In this document: positions 1 through 9,076 of the stretch, piece after piece
How positions within the stretch are numbered: the first letter of the stretch is position 1
Layout of the letters: the number at the start of each line of letters is the position of its first letter
IMG/VR virus record: IMGVR_UViG_3300015615_000680
Coordinates: 12,557-76,556 of that record
DNA: 64,000 nucleotides
Origin: a virus
Direction: 5' to 3' (one strand)
Notes under the pieces: model-generated
What the model was told of the DNA's origin: nothing
What the model saw: the letters and a program-made list of their open reading frames with translations, nothing else
Databases searched by the model: none
Program-made: the position numbers and the translations under genes

Positions 1-73
1 CGACGACCAGCACGGCGGCGGCGGCGGCGTAGCCGAGCTTCAAGAGCGCGGCGGTGATGACGAACCCGTCCAT
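1..73 (-). CDS. Partial membrane protein (lysis region, holin/spanin candidate), runs off window edge
   Basis: ATG at 73 overlaps upstream stop (TGATG); reads MDGFVITAALLKLGYAAAAAVLVV, hydrophobic. Confidence 0.55.
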   Translation of the reverse strand, partial: MDGFVITAALLKLGYAAAAAVLVV

Positions 74-390
74 CAGGTCATGTCTCCTTCGGGGTCTTCG
101 ATGTTGGCCGCGCTGCGCCGGCCGCGGATCGTGGCCAGCTGCTCGCGGAGGTCGAGCAGGTCTTCCTGCAGCTCGGCGACCCGGCGTTCGCAGTCGGTGT
201 GCTTCTTCTCGCAGGCGTCCAGCCGCTTCAGGATGTCGTTGCGGAAGTCACGCTCCGCGGTCGCGAGCTGGCCGGCGGAATCGACCCGGCCCTTGCTGCG
301 CTGGATAAGCAAGGTGCCCAGAATTCCTGCCACGCCCGTTGCGATCGACGAGAGCGCCGTCATGACCGGCCCCCATTCAGACCAGGACAT
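73..390 (-). CDS. Holin-like protein: N-terminal TM helix plus coiled coil
   Basis: MSWSEWGPVMTALSSIATGVAGILGTLLIQ followed by charged heptads; lies downstream of tail fibre. Confidence 0.6.
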   Translation of the reverse strand: MSWSEWGPVMTALSSIATGVAGILGTLLIQRSKGRVDSAGQLATAERDFRNDILKRLDACEKKHTDCERRVAELQEDLLDLREQLATIRGRRSAANIEDPEGDMT

Positions 391-420
391 CGCACGCACG
401 CACGCTCATCGCGGCCGCCC

Positions 421-750
421 TCAGTACATTGCGGGGATGAACAGGCACCTCGGCTCGACCAGCGCCGGCAGGCGGAAGCACGCCCAATAGGACGCGCCGC
501 CATCCGGTCCGGTCGGATAGATGTTTGCGGGTGGTACGGCCCGGCCGTTGACGGTCCATGTGGCACCGTCGAAGCGCGCCTCGCCGTCGTGCAGTGGACG
601 GCAGTCCTGCGGGCCGCAACAGTGCCGGGTCAGCGGATCGGCCATGATCCAGCCGGCGGCTCCATGGGCATAGGCCGGCCGCTGGCACGAAGACAGCGTG
701 GCGAATACCGCGGCGGCAAGCGCGAACTTCCTGGTCACGGCGGCCGTCAT
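421..750 (-). CDS. Small exported Cys-rich hypothetical protein
   Basis: ATGA overlap with tail fibre stop; signal-like N-terminus MTAAVTRKFALAAAVFATLSSC; CCGPQDC...WACF...RCLF. Confidence 0.7.
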   Translation of the reverse strand: MTAAVTRKFALAAAVFATLSSCQRPAYAHGAAGWIMADPLTRHCCGPQDCRPLHDGEARFDGATWTVNGRAVPPANIYPTGPDGGASYWACFRLPALVEPRCLFIPAMY

Positions 751-2453
751 CCGCAAAGGAAGATGCAGGCCACCATCTGCACCTCCCCGTCGCGGCCGAA
801 TTGGGCGGCCTCGCGGGCCTTGGCGACGGTGATCGACCGCACGATGTCGTCGGCTTGGCGCATACCCTTGCCCGGATGGCTCGAGGTGACGATCAGGTCG
901 CCGACCGCGATGTCGCCGCCCTCGCCGCAGACGTTGACCATCCCTTCGCCCACCGCGGCGATTGCGGCCACGTCGAACTGGTCGGGCAGGTGGCGGAAAC
1001 TGGGCGCCAGCGCCGCGCGCACGACGCCGCCCGGTGGGACGTCCTGGCGCTCCATCAGCGCCGGCGGCACCACGTCGCCCAGCCGGTAGCGCTCGATGAA
1101 GGCGCCGATCGCGCCGCGGTCGCCGGCGCGCGACGACACGGCGACCACCGACGTGGCGTTGACCACGTCCGCGGCGAACACGCTGCCGGTATCGACCATA
1201 ATGTCGCCCGGCTCCGGCTCGGCGGCGCGGTCGATCAGCTCCTCGTGCACGCCGGTGAAGTTGATGTAGGAAGCGGCCTGCATCTTGCCGGCGCCGGGCA
1301 CGCCGTTCAGGTCGGCGCGGACCGAGATGTTCGACGAAACCGTGACGTTGCCGAGCACGCCGGCGACGCCGGTGAAACGGCCGCCCGCGCCGCCGGCCGA
1401 CGTGCCGGAGACGCCGTCGCCGGAAAGCGAGGCGATGCCGCGCACGCCGGCGCCCGTCGAGGCGGAACCGTTGACCCCGACACCGGCGCCCGCCCCACCC
1501 GTGATCGCGTTGCCACTGCCGCTGGTGGTCGCCTGGATGGCGGTGCCGACGCTCTGCGCCCACATCGCGACGCCGGCGCCGGTGTTGACGGCGGAGATCA
1601 AGGCGCCGCCGCCGGCGTTGTCGATAACGTGGACATAGGCCGGCGTTCCGGCACCGACCTGCCCGCCGGAGATCGTCACGACCTGCGCGCCGCTGCGGAA
1701 GGCGCGCAGCGCGTTGAAGGTGTTGCTCAGCTCGACGCGGGTCGGGTCGTTCGCGGTCGCGATCAAAGCGCCGTAGATGGTGCCGGCGTTGATGACGCCG
1801 AGGTTGGCGCTGATCGCCGCCAGGTTGGCGACGCTGATCTTCCCGGCGATAACGGCGCCCGCCTGGATGGCGTTCGCATTGACCGAGTTCACCGCCAGCT
1901 GGCCGGCCTGGATCTGCCCGGTCAGGTTGCCGGTCGGCAGGGTCGCGACGAAGCCCGTCCCGTCGAAGCGATAGAGCATGCTGTCCGTCGTGCGGAAGAA
2001 CATCCGCCCGACGTAGTTGTCCTCGGTCGGGAACGCCGCGCCGATCTCCACCGGCGTGATGCCGGGCACGAAGGTCCGCTTGCTGACCGCGCCGTCGGCG
2101 AGCATCTCCTCGGTGACCGAGCCCGGCCCCGGCGTCGCGTCGGTCGCGGTCGCCGGCACGCCCGCGTCGGCATCGGCCGGGTGCCACGGCCCCGGCAGGT
2201 CGTTGACGTCGATCGCGCGGACCCAGTACCACCGCTCGCCCGCCGCGATGCCGGCATGGGTGAATGTGTTTGCGCGGCCGGTCGCCGTGCCGACCAGGAC
2301 GGCAAGGTCGCGGTCGTTGCTGGTCGCGGACCACACCTCGACGCCCTTCCAAGCGAGGTATGGCAGGCAGGCGTCGGGCCCGTTCGCCCAGGTGAGCACG
2401 ACGGAGCGGACACCGCCGGTGGCGATCAGGCCGGAGACGGTGAGGTCCGCCAT
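747..2453 (-). CDS. Tail fibre / host-specificity protein with C-terminal chaperone-like (peptidase G2/IMC-type) domain
   Basis: True start MADLTVSGL at 2453 (TGATG coupling); FN3-like N-terminus (RWYWVRAIDVND), AGAVIAGKISVANLAAISANLG motif, Gly-rich repeats, C-terminal FTGVH...VGEGMVNVCGEGGDIAVGDLIVTS. Confidence 0.8.
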   Translation of the reverse strand: MADLTVSGLIATGGVRSVVLTWANGPDACLPYLAWKGVEVWSATSNDRDLAVLVGTATGRANTFTHAGIAAGERWYWVRAIDVNDLPGPWHPADADAGVPATATDATPGPGSVTEEMLADGAVSKRTFVPGITPVEIGAAFPTEDNYVGRMFFRTTDSMLYRFDGTGFVATLPTGNLTGQIQAGQLAVNSVNANAIQAGAVIAGKISVANLAAISANLGVINAGTIYGALIATANDPTRVELSNTFNALRAFRSGAQVVTISGGQVGAGTPAYVHVIDNAGGGALISAVNTGAGVAMWAQSVGTAIQATTSGSGNAITGGAGAGVGVNGSASTGAGVRGIASLSGDGVSGTSAGGAGGRFTGVAGVLGNVTVSSNISVRADLNGVPGAGKMQAASYINFTGVHEELIDRAAEPEPGDIMVDTGSVFAADVVNATSVVAVSSRAGDRGAIGAFIERYRLGDVVPPALMERQDVPPGGVVRAALAPSFRHLPDQFDVAAIAAVGEGMVNVCGEGGDIAVGDLIVTSSHPGKGMRQADDIVRSITVAKAREAAQFGRDGEVQMVACIFLCG

Positions 2454-3307
2454 CAGATCTTGCCCTCGATCTGGTAGCCGGCGCCCGTCAACTCGAAGCG
2501 CACCATCTCGATGTCGCCGAGCTCGCGCGCCGGCCCGACGACGGTGCGGCGCTGCAGGTGGTTGGGATCGTCGGGATCGGCGATGAAGCCGATGTCCTGG
2601 TCGATGCCGGCCATGCGCTGCATCTCCAGGTGCCGGCCGAAGCCCTCGTCGTGCGACGCAGAGTCGAACGCGAACGACGTGACCGGCCTCATGTGGCGGC
2701 GGCGGTAGTAGCGCGTGCCGCCGGTCGCGGTCAGCACGTCGGTCTCGTGCTCCCAGCGGATCGCGGCGCCGTAGGCGAAGTTGAGCCCCGGCAGGATGCC
2801 GCCGGCGAGGAACGGCCGGCCGATCTTGATGCGGCCGTCCGGGTTGCCCTCGTCGTCGATCGAGAGCCGCCAGTAGCGCGCGTCGGCGCCGGCCGGGATC
2901 GGCAGCACAATCGGCCAGCGCCAGCCGGCGAGCGCCTCCGCATTGGGCTTGCCGGTCGGGTAGTCGGCGGCCTCCCAGTCGCGCTCGGCGGCATCGGCCG
3001 AGACCCAGGCGTCGCGCCAGGCGATCTCCAGCGCGAGCGCGCCGAAGTCGGGCGCGTCCGAGCCCTCGAGCTTGACCTGGCCGTCGGTGCGGACGTTGTG
3101 CCAGGGCACGATCAGGCCGCGCATCTTGAGCGACCGGCCGAGGTCGATGACCAGGACCGACGACGCCGGGGCGTCGTCGGTCGTCCACGCGCGGAGCGTG
3201 GTGTCCGCGGCCTGCAGGTTGGACAGCGGCTGCGCGCTCTCCCACGACCCGCCGGACAAGGTCGCGGTGGGGATGCGGTTGGGGTAGAGGATCAGGCCCT
3301 TGCTCAC
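2453..3307 (-). CDS. Tail tip / distal tail protein
   Basis: GTG start overlapping previous stop; SGGSWESAQPLSNLQ...ARYWRLSIDDEGNPDGRIKIGRPF; position between hub and fibre. Confidence 0.75.
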   Translation of the reverse strand: MSKGLILYPNRIPTATLSGGSWESAQPLSNLQAADTTLRAWTTDDAPASSVLVIDLGRSLKMRGLIVPWHNVRTDGQVKLEGSDAPDFGALALEIAWRDAWVSADAAERDWEAADYPTGKPNAEALAGWRWPIVLPIPAGADARYWRLSIDDEGNPDGRIKIGRPFLAGGILPGLNFAYGAAIRWEHETDVLTATGGTRYYRRRHMRPVTSFAFDSASHDEGFGRHLEMQRMAGIDQDIGFIADPDDPNHLQRRTVVGPARELGDIEMVRFELTGAGYQIEGKI

Positions 3308-5223
3308 GCCACGCCCCCGAACAGGTAGAGCCAGACCACGTCGCGGTCGAAGTCGTTGCGGAAGCCGAGCACCCGGAAGCGGCGGCCGGCATCGAGCCCG
3401 AAGCGCGGATAGGCGAACGACAGCACGTCGGCGACCTCCACATGGTCCACGCGCTCGGCCGGGACCGGCACCACGCCGTAGCGCGGGCCGGCGGCATAGA
3501 TGGCGAACCTGCGGTCGATCTCGGCCTGCGCGGCCACCGGGTCGAGGATTAGCGACTGGCCCTTCGAGGTCGGCGAGCGCAGGTGCTTGACCTTGATCGC
3601 CGGGTCCTCGGCGAACGCCGTGCGCCACGGCCGCGTGAGGAACGACAGGCGGTCCTGCGACAGGCAGTCCTCGTCCGGCACCCGCGCCGAGACCTCGTCC
3701 TTCGACTGCACCGTCCAGTTGCGCCGGTATTCCAGCGTGTACTGCCAGGCCGGCACCCCGACCTCGTTGTCGGTCATGCGCAGGAACGACACGCCGTCGT
3801 CGTCGATCACGTCGTCGGCGTCGAGGGCGACGACGGGCGTCTCGCTGCCCGGCAGGTCGAGCCGGTGCACCCGGAATAGGCCGCGCCGGTCGGCGACGAT
3901 CTGGGCGCCGACGCTCTGCAGCACCTGCGACACCAGGTCGATCGCCTCGCTGCCGGCATCGTCGAAGATCCCGACGATGCCGGCGTTAAGCGCGTCGAGG
4001 GTGGCGAAGGTGCCGTTGAGCAGGTCGTCCTCGGTCAGGCTGGTCCGCTCGACCAGGATGCGGCGGACGATCTGCGCGGCGGTCCGCGCGGCCGTGTTGT
4101 CGCCTTCCACCGGGTCGCCGGTGAGCGCGCCGATCGGCGGCGAGCCGGTCTTCACCAGGCCGAGCGCCAGCGCGGTCGCGTAGCGCCCAGGCGGCACCAC
4201 CGCGGCCTTGAGGTCGGCGAGCGCGGTGTAGTTCGCCGCCGCGCTGGTGAGCGGGATGCCGCGGTCGTAGAGCGCGTCCAGCGCGCGCAAGCTCCCGTCG
4301 CGGAACTGGAAGATCAGGTTGAACGGGTCGGCCTCGGCGGGCGTCACGTTCAAGGCCGGCCCCCACAGCAGCGGCTTCGGCTCGCCCTTCAGGTTGGCGG
4401 TGCCCTCCGCATCGGCCGCCAGACCGCTGTCCGTGGTGCCGGCGAACAGGGTCTCCTGCGCCGAGACCCGCAGCAGCTCCATCCGGTCGTGCTGCCGGAA
4501 GGTGGCCGCCTGCTCGTCGATGTCCGGCGGGCCGGCCACCGTGCCGGTGTAGACGATGCGGGCGTCGGCGAGCGGCGCGGCCTCGTCGGGCAGCACCTTG
4601 ATGACGAACGACCGGCCGTCGAAGCCCCAGTCGAGCAGCGGGTCCAGCGCGCCATCGACGTTGATCAGCCGGATGTCGCCGTAGTTGACCTCCGCCACGC
4701 CGGTGCTGCGCCCGGGGCGGAACATCGTCATCTCGAACGTGCCGATCGACAGAACCCGGTCGAGGTAATCGACCATCGGCGGGTCGTCGGTATCGTGGCT
4801 GGTGTAGAGCCCGCGGCCCTGGGCGCAGTAGCGCAGCACCCTCTCCCCCGGCAGCAGGGGGTCGTAGCCGGTGATCTCCAGCAGGTACAGCCGCCGCGCA
4901 CCCAGCACCGGCGCCGGCGTGTCGGAGATCCCGGCCGCGCCGGCCACCAGCACGCCGCTGCCGGTGACCGACACCGTGCCCGCGCCGCTGACGGTTGCCG
5001 CGCCCGCCGCGAGCTGGCCGGGCACCGGGTCCGGCGCCTGGCCGGCCGAGACGCCCGCCGCCGACGCGGCGAGCGCGCCGCTGCCGGTGGAGGCCGAGGT
5101 GCCGGCGCCGGTGACGGTGGCGCCGGCCGACGTCAGGGTCGCCGCGGGACCGGCGCCGGCGGCGCCGCCCTCGCCGAGCGCGCCGGCGCCGAGCTCCGTT
5201 CCGCCGAGCGTGCCGGTGGTCAC
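3304..5223 (-). CDS. Tail tip/hub protein with N-terminal Ala/Gly-rich repeats
   Basis: 639-aa ORF; YGDIRLINVDGALD, GEPKPLLWGPALNVTP motifs of siphophage tail-tip proteins. Confidence 0.75.
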   Translation of the reverse strand: MTTGTLGGTELGAGALGEGGAAGAGPAATLTSAGATVTGAGTSASTGSGALAASAAGVSAGQAPDPVPGQLAAGAATVSGAGTVSVTGSGVLVAGAAGISDTPAPVLGARRLYLLEITGYDPLLPGERVLRYCAQGRGLYTSHDTDDPPMVDYLDRVLSIGTFEMTMFRPGRSTGVAEVNYGDIRLINVDGALDPLLDWGFDGRSFVIKVLPDEAAPLADARIVYTGTVAGPPDIDEQAATFRQHDRMELLRVSAQETLFAGTTDSGLAADAEGTANLKGEPKPLLWGPALNVTPAEADPFNLIFQFRDGSLRALDALYDRGIPLTSAAANYTALADLKAAVVPPGRYATALALGLVKTGSPPIGALTGDPVEGDNTAARTAAQIVRRILVERTSLTEDDLLNGTFATLDALNAGIVGIFDDAGSEAIDLVSQVLQSVGAQIVADRRGLFRVHRLDLPGSETPVVALDADDVIDDDGVSFLRMTDNEVGVPAWQYTLEYRRNWTVQSKDEVSARVPDEDCLSQDRLSFLTRPWRTAFAEDPAIKVKHLRSPTSKGQSLILDPVAAQAEIDRRFAIYAAGPRYGVVPVPAERVDHVEVADVLSFAYPRFGLDAGRRFRVLGFRNDFDRDVVWLYLFGGVA

Positions 5224-5238
5224 CTTCAGGCCTCCCGG

Positions 5239-7962
5239 CTACGACGTCGGCGCGGTGTACTCGCGGTACTGCACCGTCACCCGGATGGCGCCGGTGCCGT
5301 TGAAGCTGGCGCCGACCGCGGTCAGCACCACGTTCCCGGCGCCGATCTGGACGCGGTTCGGCTGCGCGGTGTAGTCCACCGGGCCCGTCGTGGTGCCGAC
5401 CGTCTTGGCGGCGGTCGCGCCCCACAGGTCGGGATCGGTGCCGTCACCGACCGTGTAGTGGGTGACCGAGCCGCCAGGCTCGGCGGTGACCCGCGTCGTG
5501 ACGATCGGATCGACCGCGCCGTCCGGGATCAGGCCGGTCGCGGTCACCGTGGCGCCGCTTAGGGTGGTCAGCTCCTGGGTCGCCGTCTTCCACGTCACCT
5601 TCTCGCCGTGCAGCGCGCCGGCATCGGTCTCGCGCACGATGTCGAGCCAGCCCTCGTCGCTGACGACCTGGTTCGCCTTCCACCACAGACGACCCAAGCC
5701 GGTTGCCGCGGCGGTCTGGCGCAGCATCGAGGCCGCGAGACCGGGCACGACCCCCTCGGGGCTGGAGTCGCTGAGACGCCAGCCGTCGCGCCACCGGAGG
5801 GTGCGCGCGCCCCCGGCGTCCACCAGGTCGTGCATGAACTCGCTGCGGACCCATGCACCGCCGCCCCAATCCGGCTGCCACTTGTCGCCGTTCGGGCCGA
5901 TCGCCATGGCACTCAGGGTGAAGCCATTGGCCGACTGGCACTCCACGCCGCCGTCGCCGGAGTACCTGATCCCGGTGCAGTTCCGCCCCTGCGCCTTGAA
6001 GTAGTGGAAGTGGACGAACGAGCCGAGCGCGATGTTGCCGTGGCACTCAAGATCGATCGGATCGAACGCGGCGATGATGCTCGCGGCGCCGCTCGTGCTC
6101 CTGCAGGTATTGCTGAGAACAGCCGCGGCGCTGACCTCACCGAGCACGATGACGTCGGCAACTGCCGTGCAGGTATTGCCGACCACCTCGATGTTTTCCG
6201 ATCGATACACGCCCGTTTGCGCGACCGACCCGTCGCCGAACACGATCGCCCGACTGGACGCGCCGGTAAGGTCGATGACGTTGCCCTGGCATGCGACGTT
6301 GATCGTTCCGTCGCCACCCACACCGAATGCGCCCGTCTCTGCCGACTGGACGATGTTTCCCTGGACCGTAATCTTGCGCGGCATTGTGCGCAGACCGCCC
6401 TTCAACGAGATGTTGAAGATGGCGTTCTTGATCGTGTTGGCCTGGAAGATGAAGAACTCGGCGTCGTGCTGCTGGTTGTCGGCGACGATGCCTGTCGCGT
6501 TTAGCGATCCGGGATTGAGTTCGACGTGATTGCCGAAGCAGCGGACGACGCCGGCGCACGCGGCAAACTCGATGCCGATCCAATTGTTGCTGCTGACCGA
6601 ATTGTGGGCGACCTCGACGTTGTAGCCACACGTAACGGAGATGCCGATCTTCGATCCTTCGACTCGATTACCGATGATGAAGACGTTCTTGTTCGGCGGG
6701 TCGGTGCTCGCAACCGCGGTCAGCGTCGCGACATTGTTGTTGGCGCCGACGTTCAGGTTCTCAGTGCTCGAAAATGTTCCGCTCACGGGGACGATCGTGA
6801 TTTCGCCCGTTGCATTGCCGCCCGCCCAGCTTCCGCTGAACACGTCGATCCGCGTCACGCGGGCAGTCGCTCCTGAAGTGGCACCGACGATCAGGTCGTC
6901 GATCTCGACCTCGTATGTCCCGCCGGAGTTGAACGAAAGGATGCGGCCCCAATTTCCGTTCCAGACCTCGACGGGCACGTTGTTCTGGTCGTCGTCCATG
7001 AGGGCGACGTTGTTCAGCAGGTACAGGTTGTGCTTGGCCCAGCGCGTCTGGTTGGCCGACTGCATCTTGATGCAGCCGGCCTCGAAGAAGTCCGCTTCGC
7101 CGCGCCGATCGACGAACGAGTTCTGGACCCACCAGTTCGCGACATCGGCGTCGTAGGCCTCGTAGTAGATGCCATCGAGGTAGGTATTGGTGACCTTGAC
7201 CCCATCGGTCCAGAAGTTGTCGGCCGAGCGGAGCCAGATGCCGTAGCCGTCGAAGCCGTCGATCCGGCCGAGGTGGCCGTGGCCGTTGACGACCACGACG
7301 CCGTAGCCGTCCGAGCGGATGGCGCAGTGGTTGTGGTGGCCGCCCGACTGGTTGGCGCGGTCGCCGCCGAGACGGCCCCCCTTGATGTCGAAGTAGACGC
7401 CGTCCTCGGTGGTCACGTCGAACAGGCACTGGCCGCTGCCGGCGTCCTCCAGCAGCTCGTTCCAGCACCCGGCATCGAACTCCAGCACCAGCGACTTGCC
7501 GATCGTCACCCGCTGGTGGCGGAAGTGGTAGCCCTTGCGGAAGCGGATGGTCGAGCCGGCGGGCGCCGCGTCCACCGCGGCCTGGATCGCCGCCGTGTCG
7601 TTGGCGTCGTCGTCGCCGAGCGCGCCGAACTGCATGTCGGTCGGATCGACGTAGGCGTGCTGGATGTCCTCCGCCAGCGCGCAGATGAAGACCTGCTGGG
7701 CGCCGGTCAGGGCGATCGCGGTGTTGCTGTTGGACGACCGGATGACGTTGCGCGAGAGCGTGGTGCCGGACGACGTGTAGACGCCCCAGCCGATCTCGAA
7801 GTTGAGGCCGTCGATGACGCCGTAGCTGACGATGTCGCCGTTCTGCACGCCGGCCTGCGCGAACGTCAGCTTGCCGGCGATCGCGGACCCCAGCGTGATC
7901 GTGCCGGTGCCCGTCGTCGCCGACGACATGCGCGCCATATTATAAAGTTTTCTCAGAGCCAT
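5239..7962 (-). CDS. Tailspike / polysaccharide depolymerase (right-handed beta-helix)
   Basis: Anchor domain TTGTGTITLGSA...; FGALGDDDANDTAAIQAAVD pectate-lyase-3-like cap; repeated IxGNxV coils. Confidence 0.85.
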   Translation of the reverse strand: MALRKLYNMARMSSATTGTGTITLGSAIAGKLTFAQAGVQNGDIVSYGVIDGLNFEIGWGVYTSSGTTLSRNVIRSSNSNTAIALTGAQQVFICALAEDIQHAYVDPTDMQFGALGDDDANDTAAIQAAVDAAPAGSTIRFRKGYHFRHQRVTIGKSLVLEFDAGCWNELLEDAGSGQCLFDVTTEDGVYFDIKGGRLGGDRANQSGGHHNHCAIRSDGYGVVVVNGHGHLGRIDGFDGYGIWLRSADNFWTDGVKVTNTYLDGIYYEAYDADVANWWVQNSFVDRRGEADFFEAGCIKMQSANQTRWAKHNLYLLNNVALMDDDQNNVPVEVWNGNWGRILSFNSGGTYEVEIDDLIVGATSGATARVTRIDVFSGSWAGGNATGEITIVPVSGTFSSTENLNVGANNNVATLTAVASTDPPNKNVFIIGNRVEGSKIGISVTCGYNVEVAHNSVSSNNWIGIEFAACAGVVRCFGNHVELNPGSLNATGIVADNQQHDAEFFIFQANTIKNAIFNISLKGGLRTMPRKITVQGNIVQSAETGAFGVGGDGTINVACQGNVIDLTGASSRAIVFGDGSVAQTGVYRSENIEVVGNTCTAVADVIVLGEVSAAAVLSNTCRSTSGAASIIAAFDPIDLECHGNIALGSFVHFHYFKAQGRNCTGIRYSGDGGVECQSANGFTLSAMAIGPNGDKWQPDWGGGAWVRSEFMHDLVDAGGARTLRWRDGWRLSDSSPEGVVPGLAASMLRQTAAATGLGRLWWKANQVVSDEGWLDIVRETDAGALHGEKVTWKTATQELTTLSGATVTATGLIPDGAVDPIVTTRVTAEPGGSVTHYTVGDGTDPDLWGATAAKTVGTTTGPVDYTAQPNRVQIGAGNVVLTAVGASFNGTGAIRVTVQYREYTAPTS

Positions 7963-7971
7963 CGGGCGCCC

Positions 7972-8472
7972 TTACTCGAACCGAGCGAAGGAACCGCGGA
8001 GCCGCGCCGCTTCGGCACGATAGGCATCGCGTGCAGCTTCCCGCGTCAGAAAAAGCCCGAGGTGGACGTTCCGGTTCTCAACCTTGATCGCGGCGGCCCA
8101 CTTCCCGCACTGGGTATGGTAATGCACGCCTTTGAAGCCGCTCCTGTTGGTCCGAAAGCGCCGCATGTTCCACATGTTCTCGGTGTGGTTGGCGAGCCGC
8201 AGGTTGTCGATCCGATCATCACCGGGCACGTTGTTGTGATGATCGATCTCGCCTTCAGGCCACTTGCCATGCACGTACAGCCATGCCAGCCGGTGCGCGT
8301 ACCGGAGACGACCGTCGACCCGGATGACGCGATAGCCTGCGGCATTGATGCAGCCGGCCTGAGCGCCCGCAGCCTGCGATCCCGTCCGGCGTCTCCAGAA
8401 GAACCGGCCGGTGGCGGGCTCGTAGACGAGGAGCTCGCGGAGCCGCGCCGCCGTGAGTTCGCCCTCCATCAC
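7972..8472 (-). CDS. HNH homing endonuclease with AP2 domain
   Basis: AHRLAWLYVHGKWPEGEIDHHNNVPGDDRIDNLRLA; NRSGFKGV...WAAAI...HLGLF. Confidence 0.92.
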   Translation of the reverse strand: MMEGELTAARLRELLVYEPATGRFFWRRRTGSQAAGAQAGCINAAGYRVIRVDGRLRYAHRLAWLYVHGKWPEGEIDHHNNVPGDDRIDNLRLANHTENMWNMRRFRTNRSGFKGVHYHTQCGKWAAAIKVENRNVHLGLFLTREAARDAYRAEAARLRGSFARFE

Positions 8473-8846
8473 GGCATCGCCGCGTAGGAGAGGCTCGACA
8501 GCGACACCGTCTGGCCGCCGGAGATCGCCACGCTCGACAAGGTGATGTCGCCGCCGCCGCCGGTCGCGGTGACCGAGCAGGTCAGCACCTCGGTGCCGTT
8601 CGAGTCCTTGATCACCGCCTTGGCGATGGTGCCGCCGGTGGCGCTGCTGTCGGGCGTGATCGCGTTCGCCGTGGCGACGCCGGACGAGGCGTTACCGAAG
8701 GCGGGGTCGGAGAACGTCAGGGTCGCGACCTCGACGCCGCCCGAGGTCTGGAACTCGAGGGTGCCGGCGCCGGACCCGGCGTCGATCTTGTCGACCACAT
8801 GGTCGGCGACCGTGGTGCGGACCGCGGTGGGATGAACAACGGACAT
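8469..8846 (-). CDS. Small beta-rich virion protein (paralogue of 23830..24267)
   Basis: Start MSVVHPTAV at 8846; SDPAFGNA...TATGGGGDITL. Confidence 0.75.
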   Translation of the reverse strand: MSVVHPTAVRTTVADHVVDKIDAGSGAGTLEFQTSGGVEVATLTFSDPAFGNASSGVATANAITPDSSATGGTIAKAVIKDSNGTEVLTCSVTATGGGGDITLSSVAISGGQTVSLSSLSYAAMP

Positions 8847-9025
8847 CAGCCCCGTCCCCTCACGGAGGCGACCGCGTCGCCGGGAATGCGTTCCATGCGA
8901 CCCGCGTCGGCCCATTCGTCGAACAGCTTGGCGAGCGCAGGGGTGTCCGGCTGGTAGCTCAGCCCGGCGCAATAGACGCTTTTGGTCTCCTCCGACTCGA
9001 AGTCGGCGAGCGCACGGAATCGCAT
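8846..9025 (-). CDS. Small hypothetical protein (59 aa, absent from ORF track)
   Basis: GGAG RBS; MRFRALADFESEETKSVYCAGLSYQPDTPALAKLFDEWADAGRMERIPGDAVASVRGRG; stop overlaps next ATG. Confidence 0.65.
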   Translation of the reverse strand: MRFRALADFESEETKSVYCAGLSYQPDTPALAKLFDEWADAGRMERIPGDAVASVRGRG

Positions 9026-9076
9026 GGGGGTCTCCAGTCGTGCGGGTGGATCAGCCGCCGCGCGCAGCGGCGTCGT

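Noticed and set aside
751..3628. Upstream extensions of ORFs 421..2352, 747..3497 and 2453..3628
   Set aside because: Coupled starts at 750, 2453 and 3307 explain the genes; the extensions are off-frame reads of neighbours
747..7962. Diversity-generating retroelement or invertible tail-fibre cassette
   Set aside because: No reverse transcriptase, invertase or duplicated TR/VR segment seen in the window
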